This document shows, one piece after another, positions 30,515 to 32,000 of a stretch of 32,000 nt of DNA (positions are counted from its first letter, which is position 1; each line of letters starts with the position of its first letter). The stretch spans positions 1,395,640 to 1,427,639 of the forward strand of contig NZ_AP022575.1 of the NCBI RefSeq assembly GCF_010730055.1, given 5' to 3'. The notes beneath the pieces were generated by a model. The model did not search any database and was not told where the DNA came from. It saw nothing but the letters and a program-made list of their open reading frames with translations. The translations under genes and the position numbers were made by a program. The stretch comes from Mycobacterium shinjukuense (GTDB taxonomy: Bacteria; Actinomycetota; Actinomycetes; Mycobacteriales; Mycobacteriaceae).

Positions 30515-31339
30515 ATGCCCGAGATGGATCGTCGCAGCATGCTGCTGTTGGGTATCGGCCTGCTGGCAGCCGCGGCCCCGGCGCCGCGAGCCCGGGCGGA
30601 TCGGTTTCGCCCGCCCGCCGCGCCGTCGCCCAGTGGCCAATCCGTGACTTACCTGTTCCACGACGAATTCGACGGCCCCGCGGGCTCGGCCCCCGATGCG
30701 TCGAAGTGGGCGGTGGCGCGCGCCCGCGAAACGATGAAGGACCCCACGTACTGGGAAAGGCCCGAGAATGTCGGGCAATATCGCGACGATCGGCACAACG
30801 TCTTCCTCGATGGCAAGTCCAACCTGGTCATCCGGGCCGCCAAGGATGGCGGCACGTACTACAGCGGCAAACTCCAAGGCCTGTGGCGCGGCGGCGTCGG
30901 CCACACCTGGGAAGCCCGAATCAAGCTCGACTGCCTCACCGCCGGTTGCTGGCCCGCCTGGTGGTTGTCCCACGAGGACCGCGGCGAAATCGACATCTTG
31001 GAGTGGTACGGCAACGGCAACTGGCCCTCGGCCACTACGGTGCATGCGAAATCAAACGGCTCCGAATGGCAGACGCACCGGATCGCGCTGGACGGTGGGT
31101 GGCACACCTGGCGATGCCAATGGGATGAGGCCGGCATCCGGTTCTGGCAGGACTACGTCGACGGCGCCCAACCGTACTTCACGGTTGCGGCGAACTCGCT
31201 GCCGGACTGGCCGTTCAACGACCCGGGATACACCATGTCGCCGGTGGTGAACCTTGCGGTTGCCGGTTCCGGCGGGGGCGACCCCGGTCCGGGGTCCTAC
31301 CCCGCCCAGATGCTCGTCGACTGGGTGCGTGTCTGGTAG
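30515..31339 (+). CDS. Glycoside hydrolase family 16 (beta-glucanase/laminarinase-like) with Tat signal peptide
   Basis: MPEMDRRSMLLLGIGLLAAAAPAPRARA (RR Tat motif). The GH16 catalytic motif E-I-D-I-L-E (EIDILEW) is at 30986-31006. The beta-jelly-roll tail reads ..AQMLVDWVRVW. The start is ATG 30515 or 30524. Confidence 0.85.
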   Translation: MPEMDRRSMLLLGIGLLAAAAPAPRARADRFRPPAAPSPSGQSVTYLFHDEFDGPAGSAPDASKWAVARARETMKDPTYWERPENVGQYRDDRHNVFLDGKSNLVIRAAKDGGTYYSGKLQGLWRGGVGHTWEARIKLDCLTAGCWPAWWLSHEDRGEIDILEWYGNGNWPSATTVHAKSNGSEWQTHRIALDGGWHTWRCQWDEAGIRFWQDYVDGAQPYFTVAANSLPDWPFNDPGYTMSPVVNLAVAGSGGGDPGPGSYPAQMLVDWVRVW

Positions 31340-31364
31340 TGGCCGCGAAGCCTTCCGGGGAACC

Positions 31365-31571
31365 TCAGGCCGGGGCGTCGGGGCTGGTGGCGGCACCGAG
31401 GTTGCGCGCACCCAGCGCGTGGTCGCCACCCATTGCGGCGGCGCGCAGCCGGCCCTGATACGCCGGGTGGCGCCGCATGTCTTCCAGGAGCTGACGTTCA
31501 CGCCGCTGGGCTGCCCGCCACACCGGATGCGACTGCAGATCAATCACGGTGGACTCGGATGCCTTTGCCAC
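31365..31571 (-). CDS. Hypothetical small protein (68 aa)
   Basis: GTG start. GC3-rich ORF MAKASESTVIDLQSHPVWRAAQRRERQLLEDMRRHPAYQGRL... I recognise no family. Confidence 0.35.
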   Translation of the reverse strand: MAKASESTVIDLQSHPVWRAAQRRERQLLEDMRRHPAYQGRLRAAAMGGDHALGARNLGAATSPDAPA

Positions 31572-31712
31572 GTAACGAGGATGCCCAGCAAAGCTGTGAT
31601 CAAACCGTGTCCTAAGGTGTGAATTTGCCGTGAATATGCGCGCTGCGGGTGCGCGATCGCGGTGACCGCGCGGTCAGCGCACGGCCGCCGTGGCGTCCGG
31701 TACGGTGCGCTC

Positions 31713-32000
31713 GTGCCCGATCGAAACCGTCGCTATCTCCTCCGCCAACGCCCCATCGGACGTATCGGTCCGGATACCTTCGAACTCACCGAGGCGCCGG
31801 TCCCCGAAATCGGCGACGGCGAGGCGCTTGTGCGCGTCGACTGGATCTCGCTCGACCCGACCAACCGCGCGTGGATCAACGAAACACCGACGTACCTGCC
31901 GCCGGTCGGCATCGGTGAGGTCATGCGGGCGGGCGGGCTCGGCGAGGTCGTCGAGTCGAAGAACCCGAATTATCCGGTCGGGCAGATCGTGCAGGGTCTG
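31713..32000 (+). CDS. NADP-dependent oxidoreductase, medium-chain reductase family (YncB/CurA-like); 3' end outside the window
   Basis: Own translation from GTG 31713: (M)PDRNRRYLLRQRPIGRIGPDTFELTEAPVPEIGDGEALVRVDWISLDPTNRAWINE..YLPPVGIGEVMRAGGLGEVVESKNPNYPVGQIVQGL. This is a typical N-terminus of this MDR subfamily. The frame stays open to the window end. Confidence 0.75.
   Translation, partial: MPDRNRRYLLRQRPIGRIGPDTFELTEAPVPEIGDGEALVRVDWISLDPTNRAWINETPTYLPPVGIGEVMRAGGLGEVVESKNPNYPVGQIVQGL

Noticed and set aside
20205-31045. Other long shadow ORFs (20205..21209 -, 21912..23363 +, 22432..23247 -, 24032..25009 -, 24628-25035 leader of the cut2 ORF, 26871..27947 +, 28313..29575 +, 29963..31045 -)
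   Set aside because: They lie opposite to or out of frame with genes that have clear family signatures (cutinase, permease, CmaA1, PPE, serpin, M48, TetR/GH16). Their compositions are biased toward R/P/G.
31600-31712. Direct repeat GTGAAT x2 (around 31620-31640) and the GTGCGC...GCGCAC inverted repeat upstream of the MDR oxidoreductase gene
   Set aside because: The motifs are too short (6 bp) to separate from chance. No adjacent regulator suggests a function.

Overview
High-GC (about 65%) actinobacterial DNA, almost certainly a slow-growing Mycobacterium related to M. tuberculosis (Mtb) but not identical to it. Many products match Mtb proteins from memory (CmtR, CtpG, PPE2, Cfp21, Cut2, CmaA1, and proteins like Rv1987, Rv1979c and Rv1977), but with substitutions and in a different gene order. 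No database search was possible, so all identifications rest on reading the translations and on recalled motifs.

Gene order:
- 1-1054: partial FAD oxidoreductase (-).
- 1202-4165: cmtR / DUF1490 / ctpG metal-efflux operon (+).
- 4.4-10.0 kb: an accessory stretch with four vapBC modules, one mazEF module, IS3-family transposase remnants, a CBM2 secreted protein and an orphan ORF.
- 10072-12922: a multidomain class III adenylate cyclase downstream of an ACC-deaminase-family PLP enzyme (-).
- 13125-15256: a cobalamin riboswitch, then a 27-codon uORF, then a PPE2-like gene (+).
- 15280-16719: a Tat-type FAD/BBE oxidoreductase (-).
- 17020-18437: two tandem paralogous Phd-type antitoxin/PIN toxin pairs (-).
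- 18550-23481: a PE_PGRS protein with a C-terminal aspartic-protease domain (-), a Cfp21-like cutinase (+), an enoyl-CoA hydratase (-) and an APC permease (+).
- 23496-25731: a decayed TetR fragment, a CmaA1-like mycolic acid cyclopropane synthase (-) and a Cut2-like cutinase (+).
- 25971-29659: a PE/PPE pair (+), a serpin-like protein (+) and an M48 Zn-protease that overlaps it convergently (-).
- 29747-32000: TetR (+), a Tat-signal GH16 glucanase (+), a small hypothetical (-) and a partial NADP-dependent MDR oxidoreductase (+).

No rRNA, tRNA or CRISPR was seen.

Most interesting observations:
1. The B12 riboswitch, uORF and stand-alone PPE2 arrangement.
2. A bacterial serpin with an intact hinge beside a PE/PPE pair and a protease gene.
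3. A vapBC cassette nested in a dead IS3 element, within a locus holding seven TA modules.
4. The SRPBCC / four-Cys / cyclase protein apparently co-transcribed with a PLP enzyme.
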